A stretch of 64,000 nucleotides of DNA from Negaprion brevirostris (GCA_030324005.1 JARDVH010000193.1:38095132-38159131); one strand, 5' to 3'; positions 24,673 to 36,748 are shown, counted from the stretch's first letter. Translations and numbers: made by a program. The notes: a model not told the origin generated them from the letters alone.

Positions 24673-25396
24673 ACAGGTTATATAATGGGCTACAATTTCC
24701 TGACTTCCCCCAGTATTGGATTCGCAGGAGGGTGGTTGGGGGTGGGGGGGTGACATTGGTGGTGGACTGGCAAATCCCTTTTGGAAGTTCCCAGGTAAGG
24801 GTTTACCCAGCAATTGTCCAGAAGCGCTAACTTCCCCTGGGCAGTTGTGCTGCCCTGGCAGCCATCCAGCAAAGTGATTTGAGTGGCTAACTTCAGATGG
24901 TTTTGGTAGTTACTCTGAAAGAGGTAGTAGGAAATAAAACACTTCTAATTTAGAGTAACTATTTTAAAGATCCAGCAGGAACCCAGTACGCCCTCAACCT
25001 GACCTCACCTAGCTCTGCCCCCGGCTGCTGTCTGAACCCCTAGATCCCATTCACTTACCATAGAAGGTTATCGTCTCTCTTTCAGTGGGACCTTTAAGCT
25101 CACCTGCTTTATTGGCAGCTCGTGCTGTAAAAAAAAACAGGGTGTGTGCCCTCTTTAACTCTGCTCCTTTCACACTTCGCTACTGGAGCCATGGACATGT
25201 TTTGCTTCTTCTGTCTCACCCAGCCTGAGTCAGGAAGGTCGGGCGAGCTGGGCGCTGTGGAATTTAAGCATGGGTAAGTCAGTATGGAGTGGCAATCCAC
25301 TACTGATTGCTTCTCCGAGGAAGTTACAGGCCCATTCCGTACTTGTGGTTACCTTAATTATTAAAATTTAAGGCTCGCTGTTAAGATACCATCAGT

Positions 25397-25522
25397 TAAA
25401 AAGTCTGACAACACCAGGTTTAAGTCCAACTGATTTATTTGATATTAAAGGTTGGACTTAAACCTGGTGTTGTCAGACTTTTTACTGTGTTTACCCCAGT
25501 CCAACGCCGGCATATCCACATC
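25397..25522. mobile_element. Penelope-like hairpin mini-element, opposite orientation to the 12.3-kb copy
   Basis: aaaaagtctgacaacaccaggtttaagtccaac ... gttggacttaaacctggtgttgtcagacttttt; TSD aagataccatcagt / aagatatcatcagt. Confidence 0.75.
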
Positions 25523-26347
25523 AAGATATCATCAGTACAGCGGTGTTTGGAACAGGCTTTTGATGGCCCCGTTCATGTTCTGTGCATTCATGTTCTGTTC
25601 TTAATTCGGTGAGAGACTTAACCTTTCAGACTGCACACCATGAGCATATCCTTGACTGGCAAATCACTGCTGTTTAGGAGCTGGTCTTTTTTGAGTAGCA
25701 CTCCCCCTGAGAAAGAAGAGAGGAAAAACAAATGAGTGAGCACCTTGCATTTTGTGTATCGTCTTCTGTCTGAGCCTAGGAAGAAATTATAGTTCCTTGG
25801 TAATGGCATTGAATGTTCTTGACCAGCAGAATTTCTGGTGAGACTGATTCACCCCTTGTCTCTGTTAGAAAGCATATAACTGACCATAATTCCTGCGATC
25901 TTCAGATTTTTCTACATAACAGCAAAGAAACTGCTTGCGTCAGTGCAGTGGAACTGTTCCAGTTCTGACATGTGAAACATGGGCTGTGTTTTTTTTAAAA
26001 TTTATGAATATGGTTCTGCTGCTGGGATAAGGGAACTGGTATTAGTTGTGTAAATTTCAGAGGCTTGCTCACAGACGCCAGTCTTTCAGAATCCAAACGA
26101 AAACAGTGGCAACATAAAAGCAACTTTGTGATCTCAACATGAAATAAAACTGAAGAAGACTACCTTTAACCTATAGCCACACGTTATCCAAATACACTTG
26201 TTTACATTTAGCTGTGCACAGGGATGCAGTTTGCCTGAACTGTTCGTAACTTTTGTGCTGATGCATACTGCCTTAAATCTGCTCCACCTGAAGTTTGTTC
26301 CAGCATCTGTAGTGAATGTTGAAGAACTAAGTATATTGACACATTAT

Positions 26348-26580
26348 GGGTGGCACAGTTTTTTGCACTGCTGCCTCACAGCGATTCCCGGCTTGGGCCA
26401 CAGACTGTGTGGAGTCTGCATCTACTCCCCGTGTCTGTGTGGGTTTCCTCCAGGTGTTCCGGATTCCTCCCGCAGTGTGCCCGAACAGGTGCTAGAGTGT
26501 GGTGACAAGGGGATTTTCACAGTAACTTCATTGCAGTGTTAATGTAAGCCTACTTGTGACATTAATAAATAAATGATAAA
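26348..26580 (+). mobile_element. tRNA SINE, alternative tail, internally deleted
   Basis: ggggattttcacagtaacttcattgcagtgttaatgtaagcctacttgtgac tail. Confidence 0.85.
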
Positions 26581-27354
26581 CAATACTGGACAATAAACAA
26601 CGTGATGCATCTCCTTATCTAAGGAAGCAACTGAACATGAAGGATGGCAAATTAGATCAGGTATAAAAAGGGAAATAGAGAAGGAAAGACTGAATTGAGA
26701 CTAAAAGACAAATGAAATGTAATATTTTAAAAAATGGGCTTCTACAAAATCTCCAACAATTTACTCTGGAAGAGTAAGACTCCACAATTTTCTAATTGTT
26801 CACTTTCTGAACGAAGAGGATCAATTGGTTGACACCAACACTTGGGTAATAGCACTTGCACTGTTAATTACTGGACTGAGCTTTGTGAGACCAGACAATT
26901 CAGAACATGTTTCTCAAGTAAGAAATTATAGAAATGATCCCTAAAAATGTGATAAATTAAATTAGCAGCTAGCTGTTGAAGTGAGAGTGGCAGTGTGACT
27001 GAGAGGAATGGGGAAACAAGGGAGCAGGGCAAGTGTTGAGGGGCTGTCAATAAACCAGTTTTAAAAACTTAAGAAGTTCTGTTTCTAATTGCGTACCAGT
27101 TTACCAGCTCTTAAGCGAGCATTGTGCTGGACAGTGCCTGCACCAGAAAACTCCCTGGGATTATCCCTTGGATTCTATGATTATCTAGGATAGATTGAAT
27201 TAGTCTTTGATGCAGACAACTGCCTGGCATGTTACTGTCCAGCCCATCACAGGCTCTGACACAGCATCTGCGCATGTGCAGGAAATGCTTCCTGTGACAC
27301 AAATAAATACAGCTGATTAGTAATGGTGAGCATGAAGCTACCCGATTGTTATTA

Positions 27355-27790
27355 TAGAATGGTTACAGCACAGGCCAGCAACATTTGGCTCGCTGTGTCT
27401 TGTGTTGGTTCTCTGAAGGAGAAATTCACTGAGTGTCAGACCACAGCCTTCTCGCTGTAGCCCTGCACATCCTTATAATCCAGCTCCCTCTTGAACGCCT
27501 CGATTGAATCTGTCTCCACCACACTCTCAAGCAGTGCATTCCACACCTTGACCACTCACTGTGTGAAGAAGTTTTTCATGTCGCTATTGCTTCTTTTGGA
27601 AGTAGCCTTAAACTTAGTTCTTGATCTGTTGAATGGCAACAGTATCCCTGATCTACTGTTCAGACCTCCAGTGAATTAGACTATCTCTATCAAATCTCCT
27701 TTCAACCTTCTCTTCAATGAGAAAGGCCCCAGTTTCTCCAGTCTTTCTCCATAATTGAAGCTTCTCATCCACAGAACCATTTTAATGGAT
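27355..27790 (-). mobile_element. CR1 3' fragment
   Basis: atagaatggttacagcacagg tail; ccaccacactctcaagcagtgcattccac; aatctcctttcaaccttctc. Confidence 0.7.
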
Positions 27791-27834
27791 CTTTTGTTTG
27801 GGGAAAAAAAAGTCTCCCAGCTTCACCAGAGCAA

Positions 27835-27930
27835 AGTTTCTGAAGAAAACTTGACCTGAACCATAACTCCGTTTCACTCTCCACAGATGTTGCCGGACCT
27901 GTTGAGTATTTTCAGCATCTTTTGTTTTTA
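27835..27930 (+). mobile_element. Penelope-like pLTR remnant (decayed hammerhead)
   Basis: CTGAAGA...GACCTGAACC then ctctccacagatgttgccggacctgttgagtattttcagcat. Confidence 0.5.
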
Positions 27931-27934
27931 AATC

Positions 27935-28185
27935 TAGTTCACCAATGTCTTTTCGGAAAGAAAATGTGCCATCCTTACCCAGTGTGAACTATACATGACT
28001 TCACATGTGGTTGACCCTTAAGCACCCTCTAAAAAGGCCTAGAAAGCCTTTCAGATGGATTCATATCCATCATCTCATAATACCATCAGCTCAAAGGCTA
28101 CTAGGAATGGGCATTAAATGCTTGCCTTGACTGCAGCACCGGCATACAACATACATCCTGTAAATGAATTTATGAATAAAACAAG
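27935..28185 (+). mobile_element. 3' part of the SINE family seen at 21005
   Basis: gttcaccaatgtcttttcggaaagaaaatgtgccatccttacc...taggaatgggcattaaatgc. Confidence 0.6.
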
Positions 28186-28467
28186 AATTAAATGTTCAAA
28201 TACAGAAATTTCATGAAAATCATGGGGAGATTAAGGGCAAGATGTCACTTTTGCAAAGCTTCTGGTAGAGCAAGGCAAATTGGTCAGCATTTTGTGGCAA
28301 TTTGCAGTTAACAGGATATCTTTTTCTTGACATAACTTGCTACTTTTTAGAGTATTTATAGTTATTTGTATAAGCCAAGCTATACATGAAAGTTATAGAT
28401 TGCTGGTAGTTTTAAGTGTAAATGGGATAGGAAATCTCAACTGATAACCTGACCAGTTTTGTTCGTT

Positions 28468-28800
28468 CATAGAATCCCTAAAGTATAGAAGAAGGCCTTA
28501 CGGTCCATCAAGTCTGCACCGATGATGATCCCACCCAGGCTCTATTCCCGTAACCCCCACCTGTTTACACTGCTAACCCCTCCCCCAACCTACACATCCT
28601 GGGATACTAAGTGGCAGTTTAGCATGATCGGTCAACCTAACTTGCATATCTTTGAACTGTGGGAGGAAACTGGAGCACCCAGAGGAAACCCAGGCAGTCA
28701 TGGGGAGAATATGCAAAATCCACAGACAGTGACCAAGGCTAGAATTGAACTTGGATTCTTGGTGCTTTGAGGCAGCGGTGCTTAGCACTGTGTCACCCAA
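28468..28800 (-). mobile_element. HE1-like SINE (CR1-type tail)
   Basis: catagaatccctaaag tail; full body; head gaggcagcggtgcttagcactgtg. Confidence 0.88.
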
Positions 28801-30014
28801 ACAGTGATTAGATTGATACCACTGCGCTGCGTTAGCATCAATTCTTACTCGTGAGTAACATTTCCTGTAAGTCTGTTTACTGACATCTTGGCTGTGCTTG
28901 TGTAAATATTAGCGAGAGAGCAATGGGGAGAGGGAAAGCAATTGTTGCTGCTATTGGTCAAAATTTAATATTTTACATTCTATAAATATTCAGTTTGCAA
29001 CATTTGCAAACTGAACTGCGTGCAAATTGGAATGTTACAAACAGGTATTCCTGATTTGCCCTCCTTCACTGGTATTATATGAAGGCAGCTTATATTTCAC
29101 CATTTGGAGTTTCATGCTGCTTGTTTTAGACCTGTGATTACCAAAGTTTGGAACAAAGTTTCTAACCTCAACAGAGGCAGTTGAAATCCAACATGCCATG
29201 TTACCCAGTAAATTAATCTGGCTTGTCTGGATCTCTCTCTTTATCCAAGCTTAAGGTATTGGCAGTAGGTGATCATGGTCTTAAAAGTTTCACACTAGAT
29301 TGTCCATTTCAAGAGTGGCATAGAAAGGAAACAGCTATGCTTTTCAGGGCACTTGGTATCATTAGTCCCTACACACCTTTTCACTGGTACAGAGAAGCCA
29401 TAATGAAGCGTAAGCAATTTGAATGCTAGGAGATAAATTGCAATTTATCTGCAAAAAAGAAATTCGACTGGATTGTGATCATCTGTGCTTCACTGCATTG
29501 ACCAATGCAATGTGCCACCATAGTTAGGTTCGCAATGCCTGTCAAAGCCAATCAAATATTATGCTAACTACAGTGGTCCCGTCAGTGATTATCGGACTAA
29601 TGTCTGCTGCCCGAATACAAGACTCCAAAAATGAATCCAGAAAAAGTTGTTGTAATGTGCCACATTATTTCTAGTAAACAATGATAATACAAATGAACAT
29701 GAGCAGTTTCGTTGATGCTGGGAATGCCTGCATCAGATCAAGTAGAGTTTGCACTTGTATCAACCAGTGATACTGAAGTTCATCAATAGCAAAGATGAGT
29801 TAAACTGAGTCCTCCAGGGAGGTGATTGAATAGTGTGGGATGTCCTTCAGATGTTGATTCTTAAAATGCAAAGTTTTGACAATACCCAAGAATCTATTGT
29901 TGTAATAACTATTATCATCAACACAACATAGCCTGGGGGCAGAGACTCTTGGCAAACAAGTGGGAAACTACTGGAATCATTGTCCAAGAAAGTTTCTGAA
30001 ATGACTTTTGACCT

Positions 30015-30300
30015 AGGCAGCACCTTCCAAATCCACAACGTCTACCACCTAGAAAAGCAAGAACAGCACATGCATGGGGACACCACCACTTTCAAGTTCC
30101 CCTCCAAGTCACTTACCATCCTGGCTTGGAACAATATCACCAATCCTTTACTGGGTTAAAATCCTGGAACTCCCCCTAACAGCATTGTAGCTGTACGCCA
30201 CATGGTTTGGAGTAGTTCAAGAAGACAGCTCATCACCACCTTCTCAAGGTTATTTTGGATAGAAAATAAATGCTGGCATAGCCACACCCTGTGAAATAAT
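30015..30300 (+). mobile_element. CR1-type LINE 3' end sharing its tail with the 21005 SINE family
   Basis: caagttcccctccaagtc...atcctggaactccc...ctcatcaccaccttctcaagg...aataaatgctggc. Confidence 0.65.
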
Positions 30301-31169
30301 TTAACATTTTAAAACATTGTATAGCTAAGCAATTTAGATAGATCAAAAAATAGATCATGCTCAAGACTGAATGATCAGGATGTTTAGTGAGTCTGAATGC
30401 TGGACTAAAATTCCAATTGTATGTAGACAAGATTGTTTATATTATTGAGTGCTATCTTTATTTGAAGCATCTGATCCATCTATTGACAGCATTCCAATAA
30501 GAGCAAAGTGCTGTTCAAACCTCGTTTTTTATCTCTTCTGTGCATTAGGTTTGCTTTGGTTATTGGCTGTATTTGATTTGACATTGAAACTCTGTGGTTC
30601 TCAGAACTTGTTTGTAGCTTTTGCTTTGTTAGTTTGCTTCTTCGTTTCAGCTGAGGAAAAAAATTATTTTATTCACTGGCAGATGATATGTATTAACAAT
30701 GTAGGCAGTTATATTATTTTCACTTTTACAACATCCACCCTGCTGTCCAATTCCTCCCAAGTATATAGATGCTCTTAGGTCCTTTAAAAGTCTTTCTTTG
30801 TAATAGATGTAATTTTTAAAGTAGTCTTGACAATTACTTAGTTCTTTTGTCTGAGGCAGTACCCCCCCCCCCCCGCCCTGTCCTGATGGCAGGAACGTTT
30901 ACATTGAAGCAGTGGTTAGCCAAGCAAATAATGGAATGTAACTCTCAACGCTACCCTCTAACAGGAAGACGTCTGGCATGTTGTAAGGCTAGTTCCTGGG
31001 TATCTCAGTCAGTTTCACTCGGTAACACATGCCAGGCTGCCATAAGAAACAGTCTTCGCATTCAAGTAGATTTGGCTGCCAATGCACAGTATCGTTTGGC
31101 AGACCTCCCATCCTCCTTATGTTTCCACCACTTTGCTTGGCATTCTCTACATAGTATAGCACAAAAATG

Positions 31170-31380
31170 TGTTATGTTAGAAATAAAGGGCAAGAAAAAC
31201 ACACGTGCTTGAAATCAGAAATAGGAGCAGAAAATGCTTAAAATAAGCGTTATGTCTGTCGGTAGCTGTAAAGAAAAGATACACACTTGCATGTTGATCG
31301 TTTATAACTAAGGATTTATACCCAATGTTAACTTCTGTTTGTAGACCTGTATATTCCCATCATTTTTGTTTTTGATCTAA
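31170..31380. repeat. Degenerate Penelope-type inverted remnant
   Basis: gaaatcagaaataggagcagaaaatgct on the left; gacctg...catttttgtttttgat on the right. Confidence 0.35.
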
Positions 31381-32397
31381 GAAAGACAGTACCTACCTGA
31401 TGGATTATTTTTATCCTTGCAAATGATGTGCACCATTCACACACGTGTCACCTATCTATTACTGTGACTTGGCAATAATAGTTAATTCCTGAGTCTTTAT
31501 ATAATGGGATGATTGGTAAACACTCACTGCAAAGTCTTTCCGTAATGTCCTGGTGACATTTCCATCTGCGCCTTAAATGTGCGGCCAAATTGCAAGGCGT
31601 GTACTTACCTTTCTCACAATGTCGGGAGATAAGTAACTTCTCTGGGTTCTCTGAGCAGCATGAAGATGTTTCAGATTAGATTTGTTTCACGTGTTAAAAG
31701 TGGAAGTGGCACACCTGAGCTGATGCAACTGTACTTCCAGACCGTACTAAAATGGAGAGGTTTTGAAATGTCTTTCCTTCCACCAAGTGGCCGAACATAT
31801 CTCTATACTTATTGGTTAGTGATCTCTAGCACCTCTGCCCAATTTTTCACCTTCACCTTTGCTCTAGAGAAGAGAATGATTTCTTATGAGGTATAACTGT
31901 ACTGGAAGGCTCTCTTAAGTTGCAGTCCCTTATGTAGGGACCTGGTCAGTCAATGTTGGCATGTTATTCAACCATGCTGATGCTGATTTTGATTTTTTTT
32001 GTCCTCTTCTGGACAGAGCTACTACTTAATGATCAGGAAAAGGCACTGTGATTAATTATTTATACATTTCTCCTCCTTTTGGCTCTATTAACCCAAGGTA
32101 CTAAGGCCTCATACGATTCTTTCCTCCACTAGTAATAATTGTGATCATCTAAATTGATATTAACCAAAAATCAGAGTTAATTTTTTTGCTTTATCTCCAG
32201 AGTTGTTTAATGTCTACGTGACATAAATGAAGCCTCCAGTCTTTGATTTGTATTTAGGTGTAATTGAAATCGAATGTTTATAGTCAGACTATTCTTGTGG
32301 GTGAAAAAGTGTTGGGTTGATGCTAGTATGGTCAAGCACTATAAAAGGTTACGCATTCTAAGTGCATTATTAATGGCTGTTTTCTTTATTTTCAAAG

Positions 32398-32571
32398 GAT
32401 TTTCTAGTTGCTGCACGGCAGAGGTGTCTGCATGAATTAAGTGGATAGAAAGTGACATGCTGTGGATTAGTCGTTGAATGGTTTAAGAAGTTTAACCGCC
32501 CACTGCAGAACAGCTGAAGTCAGCTCAGCTGAACAAACTGTTGATTACTGTTGAGCAGTACATGCAGCAAG
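32398..32571 (+). other. CHD9: 5' UTR part of the CHD9 first coding exon
   Basis: Polypyrimidine tract gttttctttattttcaaAG (AG at 32396-32397); an alternative AG lies at 32406-32407. An in-frame TAG at 32446-32448 upstream of the ATG shows this part is non-coding. Confidence 0.75.
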
Positions 32572-34107
32572 ATGACCGATCCCATCATGGATTTTTTGGA
32601 TGACGCCAATTTATTTGGTGGGGGATTGGAAGGCTTGACGGATGACGGCTTTTCGCATGCAGGACCAGTTTCATTGGTTGACGAACTAAACCTAAGTGCA
32701 GATTTTGAACCTCTGCAGGTTGACCCATTACACCATGTATCGGAGACTCAGACGCCAGAAAAGATTAACTTTGAGCAGTTACAGACATTTGACTCGCTGA
32801 AACTTCAAGTGAACCAGCCGTTTAACTTGGTGGGCAGTGCTACTGAGACCAATGTACTGTCTCCACATTCCCAGTTTCATTGTTCACCGGATCATCAGCA
32901 AAATCAGACAAACGGGCTGTTCCCTTCTGCTCGTAATGAGAGTGGTGGCCAATCGTTTGTGGATGGAAGCCCAATGTGGGGTCATCAAAGCCCCATTTCA
33001 AATCAGAATGGATCACCATTCCATACTTTGCAAGCACATTCACAGTCCATGCAGCCGCTGACCCCCTTTTTAACACATCATCATGATTTTGCTCTTCATC
33101 AATCCAGCCCTCAGCAACAGCAGCAACCTGCATCAGTGCAACCTCAGCAGAATATGAATCATTTCACAACAGGACAGAAAGCTCTAAATCAAGGCAGTCA
33201 ATTTATGGGTGCCCATGGATCAGCTTCATCCCGTGTGACTCCGATGGGCCAACCAACCACAACTGTAAGTTCATCCACTCAGCAACATCCTGCTACAGTG
33301 CAACAGTTTAACCAACCAACAGCAGCACTGCCCATGAATCCTATTCGATTCACCAGTAATGCCAACCACACTAGTGCACATCAGAATGTGAACTTTTCAA
33401 ACTCACCACGAGACATGACTCCTTGTTCCATTAATAATTCAACCCAGTTTACTCCTCAGTATTCCTACCCTAGTAACAACCTAGCTAATGGCAACAGTTT
33501 AACATCCACTGCAATCCTGTCAACTCATCAGGTAACCCAGGCCATGACCAGCTTCCCTGGGGGTGATGCGTTCACAGTGCCAGCAGGGACCAACCAGGAA
33601 CCAGCACAGCATACGCTCAATCCCAACAGTCCTGCTAAGCAGAAAGTTCTCCAGCCTATCCATTCTGTAAACACTCAGGGAAACTTCAGTCCTTCAAGCA
33701 TGCCCTCTGTTCAAACTGGTGTGCCAATAACAAGCGGCCCGGCTTCTCAGGTCAGACTTTCTAACACATCAACTCAAAGGAAAACAACTGGCTTTTCATC
33801 TCTTCAGGGAAATCCACTTCCACAGTCTCAGATGCATCAGTTGACCAGGATGAATACAGATGATGTTTATCAAGGGCAGCTGTTAGCAACTTTTGGCCAA
33901 AGGGGTTCGTCCCCTGTTCCAAGACCAGTGGCTCCACACCAGTTGCAACAGCAGCATCCAAATGTGCAACAGAAGATGGTTATCCAACAGCAAGTGCACC
34001 AAGAGCCAGCTACTGTCAGTCATTCTCTCTGTCAGCGTTGGCAGCCGTCAATAAGTAGCCAGCATCGACAGATGAAGGGACCTATGCAGTTGACTTTGCA
34101 ACGGCAG
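32572..34107 (+). CDS. CHD9: CHD9 chromatin remodeller, first coding exon (N-terminal Q/P/S-rich disordered region, 512 codons; CDS continues beyond the window)
   Basis: Translation MTDPIMDFLDDANLFGGGLEGLTDDGFSHAGPVSLVDELNL...VLSPHSQFHCSP...DGSPMWGHQ...ISNQNGSPFH...HHDFAL matches the vertebrate CHD9 N-terminus as I recall it (MTDPMMDFFDDANLF...GPVSLVDELNL). ATG has A at -3 (gcaagATGa). The exon ends ...LQRQ at CAG|GTTTGT (phase 0); mammalian exon 2 also ends in LQRQ as I recall it. Confidence 0.95.
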
Positions 34108-34113
34108 GTTTGT
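34105..34113 (+). promoter_or_regulatory. 5' splice donor of the CHD9 first coding exon
   Basis: CAG|GTTTGT; CHD9 similarity stops here and the ORF ends 3 codons later (TAA 34117-34119). Confidence 0.85.
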
Positions 34114-34480
34114 ACTTAAACTCTTTAGAGATTAGATCTCATTAATTCTGATCGTATGAACGTTTAATAAGGCAATTCGGAATGGTTTGAATTGGGCCAC
34201 ATGCTGTTTTCCATTTTGATGTGCTGTTTTCAGCTGTCTTGCAATTTTGCTACAGTTACAGATATATCAAAAGAACATTTCTCAGAGTGTTTAGGTAAAA
34301 ACATTGACTCAGATTTTGCTGGAGTTGAGTATGTATGGTTAGCCAGGCTGATTCCTGCACATTTAGGTTCCAAACATCTTTCTGTCTGTAAAGTTGATGG
34401 AAACACAAACCAGTAGGTGTGGTGAGGGCAACCACAGGGTTTCTGGGACCTCAAACATTAGTCTATCTGCTTAACCAGTG

Positions 34481-34780
34481 TGGCGGCATGGTAGCACAGT
34501 GGTTAGCACTGCTACCTCACAGAACCAGGAACCCGGGCTGAATTTCTGGCTTGTGTTACTGTCTGTGTGGAGTTCACACTTTCTCCCTGTGCCTGCGTGG
34601 GTTACCTCTGGGTGCTCCAGTTTCCTCCCACAGTCCAAAAATGTGTAGGTATGTGAACTGGCCATGCTAATCAGTGTACCCAAACAGGCGCCAGACTGTG
34701 ATGACTAGGGGGTTTTCACAGCACCTTCATTGCAGTGTGAATGTAAACAGACTTGCAACACGAGCAAATAAACTTTAAAA
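34481..34780 (+). mobile_element. tRNA SINE, alternative tail
   Basis: ggcggcatggtagcacagtggttagcactgc head; ttttcacagcaccttcattgcagtg tail; AATAAA at 34767-34772. Confidence 0.9.
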
Positions 34781-36748
34781 AAACTTGTAATTCATGGTTT
34801 TGAGAAAAAGGGTGAATTTGAGGGTGCTGTGGGTAAACTGAATGTCAAAGAAAATACCAAGTAAAACAGGGAGAAACAAAGATTGGATTAAAAGAGTGAA
34901 AATTGAAAAAGGCAAATGTAAAAATTCAGTGTTTGAAATGTTAAAAATCATCCAATGTACAATCAGAAGGAGTGAAACTCCATTAGTTTGGCTTTCTGAA
35001 CAAGAGAGTTTGATGGGTAGTTTTGACAATGATCACTTCTTTCAAGAGTGTTTGTGCTATGAATGAGTAGCCCTAACTTTTGTGATGAGTTTTAGTTAAA
35101 AATGTGAGAATGCAGTGGTGTGATAAGAATCTGGGGTGGGACAAGATGTGTCCATGAAGCCAGTGGCAAGAATCGACCAGTGAGAGTGGTGTATCTCAGT
35201 TGATGCTGTTAATTATGGCATGAAGAAAGCTCATTGATGGTTTACTTTGCAAAATTGTATAGGTACTTGAAATATCAAAGTCCTATAAATCATAAGATTG
35301 AAAGATGAATTTCTGCTATTATACTATTTGAATTGTGGTAGAATTGAAACGGAGTAGCTGTATTCTGGGATTCATTCATATAATCTTTTTCCACTTGCTT
35401 TTTGAAGATTTCCAAATTTTATCTGCATAATCGACTGTTGTATTGGTGGACCTGTAAAATGGTGTGCTGTCGGGCCAGTATTGCTGTAAAGTATCTTAAT
35501 AGTTGGGTCTTAATTGTGTTTGACTGGTAGTGTTGCCTGTTTTTGTGGTATGACGCTGTTGGTGTGTTTCCTTTTATACAATTTTCTCATGTGGTTGACA
35601 GCTTGGTGCAATGTAACATTATTTGGAACCAAGTTCAAATTTCAAAATCTTGAAGTAGGGGACAGGCAGAGCTCAGGATTAGATCTTCAGAATGATTTTT
35701 CCATTCAAGTTACACATTTTTGCAATTTGAAGCTACAGGATAACACAGTTTTTAATGTCTAGCTTGTCAATGAAATGTGAGTTACTCTAACGTCTCTAAA
35801 CTAATTAGATTCTGGTTGTGATTGGGAGTTTGACTGATGTGGTCATGATTGATGAGCATTCAAATTGCTGTAGTGATTTTTTTTGATTGATCTGAAACTT
35901 TGTTATTAAATTTTGTGATCAAGGTTCCAGGCATCGTTGTGGGTTAACACAACATTTCTTTGCAACTTTATCACTTAAGTGTCAGTGTCANNNNNNNNNA
36001 GGACGAATATAAGACAAGATAAAAATATAAGGCAGAGTAAATCTCCATCTGACCTGCCCCAACCATGAGCCTTCATCTCAGTCTTTTGAGAACTGCTTTT
36101 TTACTGTGAATGTTTCTATTTCTCACTCCCACCATTTTTTTGAGTTATGTAAACATATTTAAGAGCTTGTTTGTTCCAGATCTATCTTGGTTAACGTCCT
36201 TCAAGTGAATTCATTCCAAATGCAATAAAAGCATTTTTAAAAGAAAGTTTGCTTCTCATTGAGAGACATCTTTCAAACTTAATTTCTTTCTTTATGTTGC
36301 ATTCCCACCTTTTAAAAAAAAAATCTTTCTTTGCTGTGCTATTTGTGTGACGTTCAGACAACATAATCCTGCTGCCACTGAGTCTGAGAATAACTAATCA
36401 CAAACTGAAGCATGTTTTATCAAGTTTGGAATTGCAACATTGTGCAGATTCAAAGACATCAAAAAACCTACTACTTTTTTTCCAAAAAGTGTTCTGGGGA
36501 ATTTTTGGGGTGGGATGGAGTAAAACTTGTAATCAAATTCCTTCAGTTAGATAATTAATGGCACTGAAATATGTTTACAAAATAAAAGGTCAATTCCTCT
36601 GGCTCGACTGACCAAAGGTGACTGAAATATGCAAAAGCATCCCATTTGCATTTTAGCAGCCATGTTCTTGGTCAATAGCCCCATGTTAAACAGAAATGAT
36701 TATCCATGTTTCCATGACTCTTGACCTTTGCAGGATTGATTGAGTACT

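Noticed and set aside
12270-25522. CRISPR-like or miRNA-gene reading of the repeated hairpins
   Set aside because: Eukaryotic context, only two dispersed copies with TSDs and Penelope-type termini, no spacer array, and no known mature miRNA recognised
1-32397. CHD9 promoter or non-coding exon 1
   Set aside because: No CpG island is visible; it is probably upstream of the window
32551-32571. Track ORF N-terminal extension MSSTCSK
   Set aside because: It starts at TTG; CHD9 homology and Kozak context begin at ATG 32572
34108-34119. A complete single-exon 522-aa gene
   Set aside because: The last codons (VCT*) are intron read-through past a splice donor; CHD9 is a large multi-exon gene
34481-34560. 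tRNA genes at SINE heads
   Set aside because: A/B boxes are present but there is no full cloverleaf, and each continues into SINE body
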